DNA from: the human T2T-CHM13v2.0 reference genome, Homo sapiens
DNA length: 64,000 nt
Direction: 5' to 3' (one strand)
Assembly: GCF_009914755.1 (NCBI RefSeq)
Contig: NC_060935.1
Shown here: positions 1-13,092 of the stretch, one piece after another
Numbering within the stretch: the stretch's first letter is position 1
Layout of the letters: the number at the start of each line of letters is the position of its first letter
The notes under the pieces: generated by a model
Seen by the model: the letters and a program-made list of their open reading frames with translations, nothing else
Databases searched by the model: none
Told to the model about the DNA's origin: nothing
Made by a program: the position numbers and the translations under genes

Positions 1-1464
1 AAAACTATAGGTTGGAAGGGCATTTAAGCTTATGTATTCAGGACAGAGTGGTTAGCAGGGACACTTGGGAGGAGGCCTGATCTTTGTTTGTGTGTGGGTG
101 GTATTCCAATGATGAAGATGTCAAGAGACAGGGTCAGAGGAAAAGCACATTTTCAGTCTGATTAGGAATGTACAATATGGTTTTGGGATGTTGTAAGGCA
201 GGATGGAGGTCTGTTGGTATGAAGCAAAAGTACTGGTTTTTAGGGCTAGGACGTTCAATTGTCAATAATCATTATCTGTTGGTGATACCTATGACTGCCT
301 GACAGTATCTCAGAATCATATGTATGTCATCTATCAAAAATAGAGGACCACTACTGTTCATTTATTACAAAGTTTTAAATCTATGAGGTTCAAAATACAT
401 TTTGATCAAAGTGTAAAAGATATCAAGCTCCGCTAATCCCAACTTCTTTTTTGTGGCAGTGAATTCTGGCACTTAAATAGACAAAAACGCAGCCTAGCAT
501 AATTTATACTAACAGATGTTTCTAGAAAAATTCCAAATCAGTGACAGCCTAGGAAAATAACCAATTTCAAAGGCTGTTAACAAGCAAGCTGGAAATAAGA
601 ATAGTACTATAAAGTGATTTTTTAAAAAAGCACAAGAATCATACTATTAATATGAATCACTTGGGACAAAGAGATGATGTAGTAGTCATAGTGAATGAGA
701 ATAAATGGAGGGGAAGCATCTCACCAGACAGAGAGATCAAATACTGGAGAAAGAAATCACCATGAGGATGCACAAGGATAACCCTAAGCCTGACTAAGGA
801 AATAAGCAGGAAAAGTAAAGGAAGGAAAGTTGGCTCTCCCCTGCCTACAAAACAGAGCCAGCCTTCATTGGAATTGAGAGCACACTTAAAACATGAATAA
901 TTTCCAACTGGGAATCTGTATTGAAACACAGACATTAAAGTGCCCAGCCACCGGGTGACTTATTTCAGAGCCCCTTCCTATGTCAGTCACCATACACCTA
1001 GCAAATTAAATGGTGCACAAGTTTAGAGCTGGAACAGCCTGAGACATGGTTGCTTTGTCCCGAATATTTTGAAAGGTATATTTTTCACACTTCCAATTTG
1101 AATAAATATAAAATAATTAAAAGATAAATATATGGCCTTGCAGATGCTTATGCTACAGATGATGAAGATTCTTTGAACAAATAAGCAGTATGATAATATA
1201 CCCTATCTCCCATGTTATAAGTACTTCAAATATAACATTTCCTTCTTTCAAAGTAGAATATCTAACAAGCTTAGGACATGGTGTAGCTGAAATTTTAAAC
1301 TTTGGCATTTTTGTACATAATAGTCAACTGTGTTCAGAATGCTTATTGCATTGGTATTGGTTGACTTTTAGGAGAGTACACATAAAAATTCAATATGGTC
1401 TAAGCTCTTTCAATAATTTACTATCTTTTGACTTGTACTGTGAAATAATTAATTAAGGAAATAA

Positions 1465-1600
1465 ATCATTCATTTATTCATTTAACAAGAATTTGTTGAG
1501 CACCTATTATGCAAGGCATGTTTCTAATAGTAGGGTTACAGAGATTAAAAACTAACAGATCTTTACGTTTTCGTGGGTCAGATATAATTGTAAATAATTA
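1465..1600 (-). mobile_element. L2 3' end fragment
   Basis: Reverse complement of the L2 tail: tcattcatttattcatttaacaagaatttgttgagcacctattatgc. Confidence 0.7.
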
Positions 1601-2099
1601 TACGAGGAATGTGAGATATATCAAAAAATAAGACTGTAGCATATTGTAACCAAACTGAAATATAGAATTTGTCATCATATTTTCAAACTAACCTACCAGT
1701 GTTGGAATAAGTGGGGGACAACAAAAATTAGTAAGTGCCTGCTGATCAGACCTGGAGATGTGACCTTTCCCATGACATTTGCAAAGCCTCCTATTATCTC
1801 TTCCTGATAACAGGTTATAAGATTTGGTTTTGAAAATATTACAAGATGTAACTAATTCCATGTTCTCCATGTCAGCTTCCCAACAGAAGGGAATGGAGTT
1901 CACCAAGACAAGCAAGTTTCATGAATTTCTCTTTGCCAAATACTCCTCCTCTCTCTCAGGCTGAAGCCAACAAGGGAGATCACAGCCTGATCACTGACTT
2001 AGACTTGAAGCATGTTGTAGGAATCCCAGATAAATAACATGTCTCAAAGGCAAAAGCCACCTTAGTCAACCCAAAACTGGGGTGCCAATTCAAAGGGTC

Positions 2100-2306
2100 C
2101 AGTATTTCTTAACGGGGGTGCTACTGACATTTGGGGCACATGATTGTGCACAATTGTCTCACACCCTGTTGGATGCTTATTACCCCTGGCCTCCTCTCAC
2201 TAAATGCCCATAGCTTTCCCCAGTCATTGCAACAAACAAAAACTTGACCAAACATTTCCAAAAAGTGCCTAGGGGGATTGCATTGCCTCCAGATGTAAAC
2301 CACCAT
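2100..2306 (-). mobile_element. MER20-family hAT-Charlie DNA transposon
   Basis: Reverse-complement similarity to MER20 and to the copy at 56145-56363. Confidence 0.7.
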
Positions 2307-3507
2307 TCAAGGCAGACTGTGATACTGTAATGATGCCTGGTGGAGAAATCAGAAAGGCAGATGGTAAAGTAATAAAGTAAGCAACTGGAAGTGACACAAA
2401 GAAACCCCAAAGGCTGTAGGCCTACACCTCTTATAACTTTTAATGCTATCCTGAACTAGGTTAGCCCCAAATGCTGTCCAGGATTAATTAAAGTTTCAAA
2501 AACTCAGCACATATTCTACCTTTTATTCTGTTTAAAGTTCTTAATATACTTTCAAAATATAATTTTAAAATGTTTGCTTTAATTGATTTGTGGCTATTGT
2601 TCTCAGATTTGAGTTTTGCTAATAGGATGCTGGTCACTTTACGGAATTCTTGCTGATTCTAAAGGAATTATTTTAATCCTTGAAATTAAATGAAATTACT
2701 ACTACTCTAAATCTCTTGTCCTTAAATGAGACAGTACACCTTCTTTAAGGTGGGAGATCACTATAAGAAGAAAGAAAGCTGTGTCAACACCAAACTTTCT
2801 GAAGGAAATGTAAATCATACTCCCAAGGCACAGCAAATGTCAAGTGCCTAGGAAAACAGGTTCTTGTGGGGAAAGGGTTTGTGACTTAAACAAACAAAAG
2901 GCAAAAAAGAAAAAAAAATGCCGTGTGAGGACATGTTTATTTTCTTCTGGAATCGGGGAAAGTTTGGGATTTTCTTTTTTCTCCCTTAAGAAGTAACAAA
3001 ACAAGCCTTCTCCTACAGGTGTTCAGGGCATGAACACTTACACTAGGAAAATAAGGTTAAGAGAACACTGATAGGGTCATTTGCAAAATGTAGTAGGAAG
3101 AATCAGAGGAGAGTTAGAAAAACAGCACCAGAGCGCCCCTGAGTCATGGAGATAAGAGAAATATCTACTCACTCTTCTTTTCCAGTGATTGTGAGAGATT
3201 TGAGATTGGACTTTGGAATCTGCAGCCTTATTTTTAAAAATGTTTTCGGTAAATCAAATCTATCCTTATTCACTTACATGAAGTAATGTAAGGGAGATGG
3301 GTACATTCTGTGTGCCTGGATTTGTCCTTTTGGGGCACCAGAATCTTCATTAAAAATTAAAGAATCCTTGTATTCAGATGAGTCAACCTAGTTCTGTAGT
3401 AGAATTTTCAACAGTTCTTTAAAGCCTTTCTTAAGATGATGAAAGTTTTAGAGAGGATGACTAAATCCACACTCCTAAGTGAGAATTGTATACAGAATTT
3501 TCAATAG

Positions 3508-4068
3508 GAATTTGCCATTTGACCCAGCAATCCCATTCCTGGGTATATACCCAAAGGATTATAAATCATTCTGTTATAAAGACACATGCACACGTATGTT
3601 TACTGCAGCACTATTCACAATAGCAAAGACTTGGAACCAACCCAAATGCCCATCAATGATAGACTGGATAAATAAAATGTGGCACATATACATCATGGAA
3701 TACTATGCAGCCATAAAAAAGGATGAGTTCATGTCCTTTGCAGGGACATGGATGAAGCTGGAAACCATCATTCTCAGCAAATTAACACAGGAACAGAAAA
3801 CCAAACACCGCATGTTATCACTCATAAGTGGGAGTTGAACAATGAGAACACATGGACACAGGGAGGGGAACCTCATACACTGGGGCCTGTTAGGGGGTGG
3901 GGGACAAGGGGAGGGATAGCATTAAGACAAATACCTAATGTATGCGGGGCTTAAAACCTAGATGACGGGTTGATAGGTGCAGTACACCACCATGGCACTT
4001 TATACCTGTATAACAAACCAGCACGTTCTGCACATGTATCCCACAAAAGTAAAAAATAAAATAAAATA
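3508..4068 (+). mobile_element. 5'-truncated L1PA (about PA8-PA10): ORF2 C-terminus, 3' UTR and A tail
   Basis: ORF 3479-3838 contains [47 protein letters not shown]...HRMLSLISGS; the 3' UTR carries gcggggcttaaaacctagatgacgggttgataggtgca. Confidence 0.93.
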
Positions 4069-5315
4069 CATCTACATGTTGAATAATTTTAAAAAACAAA
4101 GACATTAAAAAAAGAAAATTAAAAAAATATTGTTCACATATCAATCTCCATTCCTCCACTTCTCCTCACTAATTACTGACAATATCCCTTCACCTGTGTG
4201 GGTAGAAGAAAAATTCTAGCAGTTCAAATCCTTGGCCTAAACCATCATTGCTAAAATATTCACTTTTTAACTTCCAAGAAGTTAGTTAAATCATATTCTC
4301 ACTCAAAATACAAGTAATTTAAATGAGTTTTTATCAGTGAGTTTCTTCTGGAGGCTTTGTTTCTTTCATTACTCTCAGCAGCATGTAAGAAGCAATAGGG
4401 TGATACTAAAATGGTTTTGTCTAACCTGAACGCTGTGTGTCTGGATCTTCATTCACTCTGTGGAATCTGTATTCTATGGAATTTTAAGTCCTTTTGGCAG
4501 GAAATTGTAAAGTGAACAGAAACACGGGTCCCATGAGACTTCTTGTGCCAAAACACTATGCATTATCCTGGTACCTTTAAGTCCAAAGAGAATTGTTTAA
4601 CTTCTTCATTCTTAATATTATGTTGATAACAATAACAAATAAAGGATTCTAAGCTACTCACACATGACATATAAATTAAAGAGTGTTTTTTGTCACCCAA
4701 AGTCAAAACACAAATTAGGATATTTACTCTCTTGCTTTCCGAGGGTGATTTCTATTGCTGTAGACAATTTTTAGAGAAAATAAAAGCTTTTAATTTTAAG
4801 TGACCTGATAGTCTGATGTTAGTTATCTCTGTTGAGCATTTTCTGTTGAAGATAGGCTCACTTTATCTTTAGGCTATGAGGTCTTAGTGTGATGGATTTG
4901 TCTAAATGTAAAACAAAACAAAACAAAACAAAACTATGGTCTCTAAGTAACCACTAAATTCTGATTTATAAATAGAAGGCTAAAAAATGAAGGGTGATAT
5001 GCTACTTGAATTCAATTAAAAGGAACTAAAAAATAAATTATAATATTATGCAGAAGCATCCTCAGATCTATTTAAGTATTTCAGCTTTATAGTCCTAAGG
5101 AAATTCAAAAGCAGTGACAGTAATGGGTGACCATTCAATGTAACCTTGATTGGACAACTTTGACTATACAACTAACTTCAGATTAATTTTTAGTGAGAGT
5201 TTTTAAATTGCTCTTTGTAAGGTGGACAGTGATGTGAGTGGTCCTTTTAGAAGTTTTTTTTTTCCTGATCTCAACCACTAGTATATTTTATTTTCATTAG
5301 CATATCCAGGGGATA

Positions 5316-5716
5316 CAGTATTGCCTTCTTATCTGCAGATTCTCTTTCCACAATTTCAGTTACTTGTGGCCAACCATGGTCCAAAAATATTAAATGAAAA
5401 ATTACAACAATAAACAATTCATCAGTTTTACATTGTGTGCCTTTTGAGTAACATGCTGAAATCATGTGCTATCCCACTCTATGCCACAAGGAATGTAAAA
5501 TGTCCCTTTGTCCAGGGTATTCACACTATATAAACTAGCTGCCCATTAGCCATTAACATTGTCTGATCCTGACATCTAACCAACAACATCATCATGGCTT
5601 GAAGATCCAGGATCACCTAAAGCTATGTCGCAATGCCTGCATCACTCACCTCACTTCTTCTTATCATACAGGCATTTTGTCATCTCATATCATCACCAGA
5701 AGGTTGAGGACTACTG
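5316..5716 (+). mobile_element. MER44 (Tigger7-derived, TcMar) non-autonomous element
   Basis: TA-CAGTA... start and ...GGACTACTG-TA end (TIRs with TA duplication); MER44 body ttcagttacttgtggccaaccatggtccaaaaatattaaatg. Confidence 0.85.
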
Positions 5717-5925
5717 TAAAATGGAAAGCATATCCATTAACCTCACAGAGATCAGTACCCTGGCAAAGGTTGTTTGCATACTGGAGGACAAATATTTTAT
5801 CGTAAAGAACTTAGAAAACTTTCAAAAATGTTTTGGTAACAATTTAATGAACCAGAATTTTTTAAGCATCTAATGATTTTCTGGCATGCACAAAGGTATG
5901 CACATTAGGAAAGCAATACAGAATA

Positions 5926-6084
5926 ATTTTTTTAAGAGATGGGGTCTTGCTCTGTCACCCAAGGATAGATTGCAGTGGCATATTCATAGCTTATTGCGGC
6001 CTCAAACTCCTGGGCTCAAGTGATCCTCCTGCCTCAGCCTCCCAAAGTGTTGGGATTACAGGTGTGAGGTACCATGCCTGGCCT
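5926..6084 (-). mobile_element. Alu monomer (FRAM-like)
   Basis: About 160-bp single Alu arm, with gaataat on both flanks. Confidence 0.85.
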
Positions 6085-6109
6085 GGAATAATGTTTTGTA
6101 ATGTTTTAT

Positions 6110-6310
6110 AGTATGGAAATCAGAGTTGGAAATAAGTGACTTTAATTCTTGGTCCTGCATATTACTGGCTCTGTGAGGTCAGGCAAACCACTTAGTTCCT
6201 TAAAGCTTCAGTTTTCATACCTGCAAAATGGAGATTAAAATACCCATCTCATAGGATAAATGTGTGTAGCACAGTACCTGGTGCATAGTAGGTATTCATG
6301 AAATGTGGCT
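6110..6310 (+). mobile_element. MIR
   Basis: Core cttcagttttcatacctgcaaaatggagattaaaatacc and tail cctggtgcatagtagg. Confidence 0.8.
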
Positions 6311-6525
6311 CCCGCTATAAGCAATGAAAACCAGCACCACCTTAACATTGACCCTTTTAGGATACAACGTTCCAAGGAAAAGTTTAATTTTGCACTGGTT
6401 AGAAGGAATTTCAAATCATTACCAGGGGAAAAGTGTAAAAACTGCAAGATAACTCAATAATATTGAGTTATTCTCAATAGATACACGAAATAATATTCTA
6501 CTTGGAAATTCAATTAAATAAGCTC

Positions 6526-6760
6526 CACAAATGTTTATTGAATGCCCACTATTCACTAGGTATTGCATTGGGTTCAGGAGATTTAAAGATTAGTTAAGAC
6601 AGGGATCTTGTTTCCATGGGGCTTACAATCTCATGAGGGAGATAGACTCACAAACACAAAAATCCCTTAAAGGAGTTTCAAAGAAGGGGAGGCAACAGCT
6701 TAACCTGGGAAGGTCAGGAAAAGCTTTGAAGAATGGATAATACTGAAATATAAGCTAGGT
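6526..6760 (-). mobile_element. L2 3' fragment
   Basis: caaatgtttattgaatgcccact... reverse L2 tail. Confidence 0.65.
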
Positions 6761-8269
6761 TTAGTTGCTAGAGTGTAACAGGTTTTCTTTATCATCAATC
6801 TCTGTCAACTGCCTCATCCTCTGCCACAACCCCAAGATATTTCCTAGAGCTACTTTCAAATTTTCATGTCTTTTGGGGAGCAGAAAAGACATATGCTTAT
6901 TGATTATCATATTTATAGAAGAAACAACAAGATCATTTTCTTTACTGTTACTCATTGTCTACCAATCTATTATGGCTAATGAATGAGAAGAAAAAATAAG
7001 GAAGATGTTTAGAGTTATTTTCCTTAAAGGGAGATTCCACATCCTGTGCCTGCCTTGGGAAGCCTTGAAGAAATGACTATGCTTACCCACAAACATCTCT
7101 TGGCACCACTGTCAGGTTTGAGTGGACCACAGCCACAACTCATGAGATCATTTATATTTGTATATTCGTTGTGTATAAACTTGGAATTTATCTAAAAATA
7201 GCACATTAGAAGGTGCAAAACCATTTAATTTGCCAAGTACTTGTCATAACCTTAATGAAGCAGTTCACTTGGTTGGGAACCAATAATAACATAGACAGGT
7301 AGAAAACACAGTGATCAGGTGAGGACATGAAGAATGTTTGACAGAATGTATTTATTTCTGTTCATCTTCACATGCAACCTTGTCAAACACGGTCAAATTT
7401 TCAATGCAAAAGATTAAGCATGCTAATGCATAATTCTGAGATACCTATTTTAAACTGCAGGTTGCATGAAATTAATCTTTTTAAACTACTCATCTTCAGG
7501 AGTTCTCACCCTTCTATCAAAGTAGTATATAAGCTCAGATTCTCATTCAGATTCTAATTATATCAAACAATCACAAGAATGCTACTAAACTGAAGAGATT
7601 CTCTCTCTGTTAAGGGAGAAGTGTTGATGTGGACTTGAAACTATACAGTCACTTTTCCTTTTCCATATATTTTCAGTTATACAATGTTAAATTCATACTT
7701 TAGGTTCTGATATGAAAGAGATACAGAGCACCTTTAAAAAGACACTGAAAAGCACCATCTGTTCATGCTCAAATCTTGAAGAAAAAATTTTTAACTTGTT
7801 AATCATAAATTGCTCTACAAATAGTATACTGGAAACATCCGGATGTGAGGTTATAATTAAAAATGAAAGCAAAACAGCTTCCCTGAAAAGAAAGAAAACT
7901 CTTAATTCAAACCTACCAGATAGCTGATTTATGAAAGTGAAAATGCTGGCATGTATAGATATTGGGAAGTCTTGGGATCTGGATTTTATCACTGACCATC
8001 TGGTTATAGTCAGAGTGAAATTTTAAAATAGCAAAATATTCATTAAAAGCCTGAAAGAAGCTCATAACAACTGACATGCCACAATTAGTTATATATCCAT
8101 GTATCCCCTTCTGATATCAATTATGTCAGTTTCCACTGGTGACATCACGCTAATATTTGATGACACATAAACGTCCAGTCCACTTAATTAGGATCAAGAG
8201 AATGGGCATCAAATGAGTATTTTTCCGTCAAGCTGTGGAATAATAATACTTTATCAAGTACCACCTTTT

Positions 8270-8380
8270 GATCCCTACATGTGGGAAAACTGAGGCTCAG
8301 ACAGTTAAATTACTTGCCCATAGTCACATTTCTAGAGATTGGGAGAGGAGGAAATCAAATCTAGGTCTATCTGCCTCCAT
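8270..8380 (-). mobile_element. MIR fragment
   Basis: gaaaactgaggctcagacagttaaattacttgcccatagtcaca. Confidence 0.8.
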
Positions 8381-8703
8381 ACCGTTTCTTCACAAGAAGA
8401 GACTATCGATTCCCTGAGCTGCATAATGGGATTTGTTTGTTCCTTTCAGTTTCCTCAAGCATGACCACTACATCTGCTGTAACTAGTATCCACAATTACC
8501 CAGCTGCATTTAACTAATTTAAAGCTCCTCATACCAATTCATTACCTCAAAAACTATTTGAGAGTTGAAGAAGTTTCTCAGAAATAATGTTGTAATAAAC
8601 AACAACAACAACAATACTGTGGCCCTCTCATTGATTCATATTTTCTTATTTATCCCTTCTCCATAGAACACTGCAAATTGATAAACAAACAGAAATTTCT
8701 CTT

Positions 8704-9208
8704 TGTGATAGTTTATTTTACATGTCAACTTGGCTGGGCTAAGAGATGCCCAGATAGCTGATAAAACATTGTTTCTGAATGTGTCTGTGAGGGTGTTTCG
8801 GAGTAAATTAGCATTTGAATGAGTAGAATGAGTGAAAAAGATCGACTCTCACCAATGTGGACAGGTATTATCCAATCGATTCAGGGTCTCAATAAAACAA
8901 AAAGGCAAAGGAAGGGTGAATTTTTGCTCTCCCTTCTTGAGCTGGGCTATCTATCTTTTCCTGCCCTCAGACATCGGACCTGCTTGTTCTTGGTCCTTTG
9001 GACTCTAGGACTTAAAACAGCACCATTCCTACTTTTCAGTTCTTAGGCTTTTGGAGTGAAATTGAATGATACCATTTTCCAACTTGCAGACAGCAAGTGA
9101 TGGAATTTCTTGGCCTCCATAATCATGTGAGCCAATTCTCATAATAAATCTCTTTCTCTCCTTTTTATATATCTCCTATTGGCTATTTCTCTGGAAAACC
9201 CTAATATA
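8704..9208 (+). mobile_element. Solo MLT2 (ERVL) LTR, probably MLT2B
   Basis: Starts TGTGATAGTT...tgtcaacttggctgggctaag and ends ...gaaaaccctaatata; AATAAA near the 3' end; intact 5-bp TSD CTCTT at 8699-8703 and 9209-9213. Confidence 0.9.
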
Positions 9209-11532
9209 CTCTTGTTCATATATTTTGTTACTTTTAAACTCATTTGCATCTCAGGCAAAAAAAAAAATCTTTTCTTATTAGCTTCTATCCTCCAATTTCT
9301 TTCCCTATCTCCAAGAAAGATCACTATCAACCCTCTTCTTCCTTCATTCTTTCCAGAGATGTCAACCCATGTTGGCTGGTTCTGCTATCATCTAAATCAT
9401 TCTGCTATTACTGTGGTCAGTGGGGAGGCAGAAGTGATAAGCAGCAAATATACATCATCTAGAACTTCAGTTCTGACCCACTGGCAAAGCGTCTTCACCA
9501 CAACTGAAAAGGTTCTGAGGTAGATCTGGGTTTATTATGAAAGATTGACACAATTGAATATTAATGTCTTCCACTGAAGAAGAAAGGTAATGATACCTAT
9601 GTCTTATGTTTTCTATCCTTGGCATAAGGCCTCAATAATCTCAATTCAAATCCAAAAGTTTTCAGGAGGAAACCTCTGGACACATTAAAATCTCTTATAT
9701 TAAACTTACAGATATTTATTTAGACCTTTTCATGGAGTCTACCATGGCTTATCACTGACAAACGGACAAAGAAATATAAAGGCACGATCCTCATCTCTAT
9801 AGTTACTTAAAAGGGCAAGACAAACTCTACAGCATTATGGATTGTTAAGCGCTAGGTAATAGCAAATAGAATAAACAGTATAAGAATGCATTAGATGATA
9901 ACACTACTGAGGGCTGTAAAAATCTCTGAAGGCTTCATGGTGAGGGGGAGATTTAAACTGGGCCTTAACTGATTTGCAAAACTAAAACAAGAAGACAAGA
10001 TATGGGTGTTCCAAGATAGAGTGGGAAGCTTTAGCGGTGGTATTTGGGGAAAATTAATTGGTCAGTATTCCTACAAACAACCATTACTACAGAAAACAGA
10101 CAACAGTATAGACAAGGAACTGTCTGAAGGGACAAAAGTGAGATGTTCAGCAGGGTAAATAGGGGATGGTGTGATAATGATAATTTCTTTGATTATAGCT
10201 ATCTGCTAAGCCCTGTGCTAATTTAATTTTTTAAATTAAATTAAAACTGCATAATTCAGAGATAATTATTATCGCTTTTTCTTATCAGAAAATTATAAAC
10301 AGTTGAGGTCTTCCAAGGCAAAGCCCTTGTTGTTACCCATCATGCTGAGGGTTAGTTCAGGTGCTTGCGCAATGGCATGTACATCTATCTCCTTTGTTTT
10401 GATACATCCATCCTTGACTCAGGAATAGACCTAGAGACCTACAAAAGTCTCGAGTTTGCCAAGACACATGGCAGATGAGGGAACACACCACTGTGGTTCC
10501 CTCAGGAAACAGATTCTAATCTGGCTTTACATTTTCCATTGTAATCTTGAGATGCCTCATAGTCAAATAATAGTTCCTCAGTGAAATATATGGATAGTCA
10601 TATGATAGTAGAATGAATAAAGACCTTATATAGCTACTTGGCATTTCAGGCCAAGTTTTATTGACAGACTAGTTTGCTACAAACTTATGAAACCCTTTTT
10701 ATTTTCTAGATGGCAAAATGTTAACAATTAGGGGACCTGATTGAAGGGTATAAAGGATTGATTGAATTATTGTTGCAGTTTTTATCTAAGCTTATTTTTT
10801 AGTACTTTTTGGATATTGGAAATGTGGCTAAGAGACTGTGGACACTTAAGCGTTCAATAACTGTTAGTTCCCTTCTCTTGTGCTGTAGAAAAAGTACAAA
10901 AGGTCCAAGTTACCTCTCAGACATCAGGCAGATGATTAATTGTACTGTGAAGCGGTCAAGTCCTCCAGAATACTGCATTTTGGGAACACTGATTAGTCAT
11001 ATTCTTATAAGAATTGGGAGCTGCCATTTTTAACAGTTTGAATAAGAAAGTTGCATTGCCAATTCTGTACCTATCTGATATGTTCTCTCCCCGGAGGAGA
11101 AGAAACAGGCCTTATTCATCTCCCCCTCCCCAACCCTAAACATTCTTCCCAAGTCCTGAATATGCCTGAAAAGACATGTCATTATGGTTTTTCCTGTGGA
11201 GTCTAGAGTTCCCCCACCTGCACCCTACTGAAGTCATTCATAGGAAAAGGCAATGACAGCCAGATCTTGACAGATCACCCCTAGCACAGTTTCACTGTGA
11301 TCCCACAGGGGCTTTACTGAATATCAGTCCCAGAGCTGTCTGTCTTTTCCATTTGGGCTGCGGCAGACTGAGCTGAGTAGGTCAGGGATATGTTTTACAG
11401 GCATTACGCAGGCCAGTCTTCAGAGGCCAGTGTGCATGGTGGGTCCAGCCATCCTCAGACATACTCTGCACATGTCATGCTGGGGGACAGAGCAGCGTGT
11501 GTGCTGTCTGGATGATTCCTCTTGGAATGTTG

Positions 11533-11545
11533 GTTGCCTAGCAAC
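11533..11545. promoter_or_regulatory. RFX X-box motif
   Basis: GTTGCCTAGCAAC in a repeat-free, GC-elevated patch. Confidence 0.45.
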
Positions 11546-12334
11546 AAGATCATGCTTTGCTCTTAAGTCCAATTCTCAGGACTTTGGCTTAGTTACTTCT
11601 GATCCTTAGACTTTTTCTTACCATCCCTCACCCGGGTTCCCAGAAAGTACAGGGGCTCCAAATTCCAAATAATGTAGTTATTTTAGCTACGTGGTGGCAG
11701 TCTATATGTTAGATTTCCCTTTGGCATCCTACCTGTACTTTATACACACCAGCATTTCTCTAACAGTTTTAAATATGCTACATTTTAAAAGACTACACAG
11801 TTGGCTTTCCTTTTTTAACACAGACACATGTACAGCATATGTATGTATTAGAAAAAGAATGGAAGGATATACCACAATATAAAATAACAGCAGCTTTCCC
11901 TTTATGGTAGGAATATTAGTATTTTTAAATTATCTTCAATAAATGTGTTAATTTTGTAATAAGGATAAATATTAGCATAATATATATTGGGATTATATGC
12001 TATTAACTGACATTTAAAAATATATACAAAGTAATGGTAAAGGAAGAAATACTGTCACACATAAGTACACCACAATTTCAACCCTATATATGTGGAAAAA
12101 TATGACAGGAAATTAATGAATGAAGAGGGTTTCATCAGGATAACAGTAATTTTTTCTTAAATTCTTGAATTTTAATTTAAAAATAACAAACCTTAAAAAT
12201 ATATAGTATTGGCATATTTACAGCCATATGTTTTAAAAGGCAGAGGAAATCATCTTTATCATGGCAACAAGGGTCATTTGGGCAGATTCCCATAGTAAAA
12301 GATTAAAATATATTTTGGACCCAGAGTTTGTTCA

Positions 12335-12455
12335 ATCATTCACTTCTTCATTCACTCAAAAGCCATGTCTAAGCATCTGCTTTGTGCCAGATATGTGAAC
12401 AGCCCTGTGAATACAGACCTAAAGCAGAGCATCTCTGCCCTCAAAGAATCTATAT
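12335..12455 (-). mobile_element. L2 3' fragment
   Basis: cattcactcaaaagcc...tgtgccag...ctgccctcaaagaatcta. Confidence 0.6.
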
Positions 12456-12974
12456 TAAAAGTCAGATGAGGGATAAAAAAATAGGATGCACCATTTATTA
12501 TAATACTTCTCAAACCATGTTTTGTGGGTGTTTTCAAGTGAATTTTAGATTTCTCTACAAGTCTTAATTTTATATTTATATGGTAATCTATTTAATTAAG
12601 CAAGTTTTTCAGAATCATTTAAATGGCACCTTATAACTGAGTGCTAACACAGGACTTCAAGGTCTACAGTTATACTTGGGAATATAATTGCATAGTACTG
12701 AGTATTATTTCATAGTCTTGGCTAATGAGAAAGGGACCTAAATATAAATGATATGTTGTGACACATGAAAGGCAACTGATGTCATAGGATATTTGCCAAT
12801 AATTTGAATAGTGACAAATGGCCAGATAATTGAGTCATATTGGGATGTGCAGGATGGCATGGTCATGCCAAACTCAAAAGCTGTTAGAACTATATTCATG
12901 CTGTAATCAGAGATCTTGTTTCAGCAAAATGTCATTCTTTATATTAAATAACCATTGTTAATGTTAATTTCATT

Positions 12975-13092
12975 CCACTAGAATGCAGCTCTATGGCAAA
13001 AAAAAGGCTTTATCTGTTTTATCTGCTGCTATACCCCTAGTACCTGGCTCATAACTGCCTATTAAACATTTGCTGGATGGATTAATAAATAA
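12975..13092 (+). mobile_element. L2 3' end
   Basis: ccactagaatgcagctctatg...cctagtacctggctcata...aaacatttgctggatgga. Confidence 0.7.

Noticed and set aside
3479-3838. 119-aa ORF as a host gene
   Set aside because: It is the L1 ORF2 C-terminus of a truncated L1PA.
8094-8145. Minus-strand ATG TCA CCA GTG (MSPV) resembling another DLG2 N-terminus
   Set aside because: Diverges after 4 codons, hits a stop and has no donor; coincidence.
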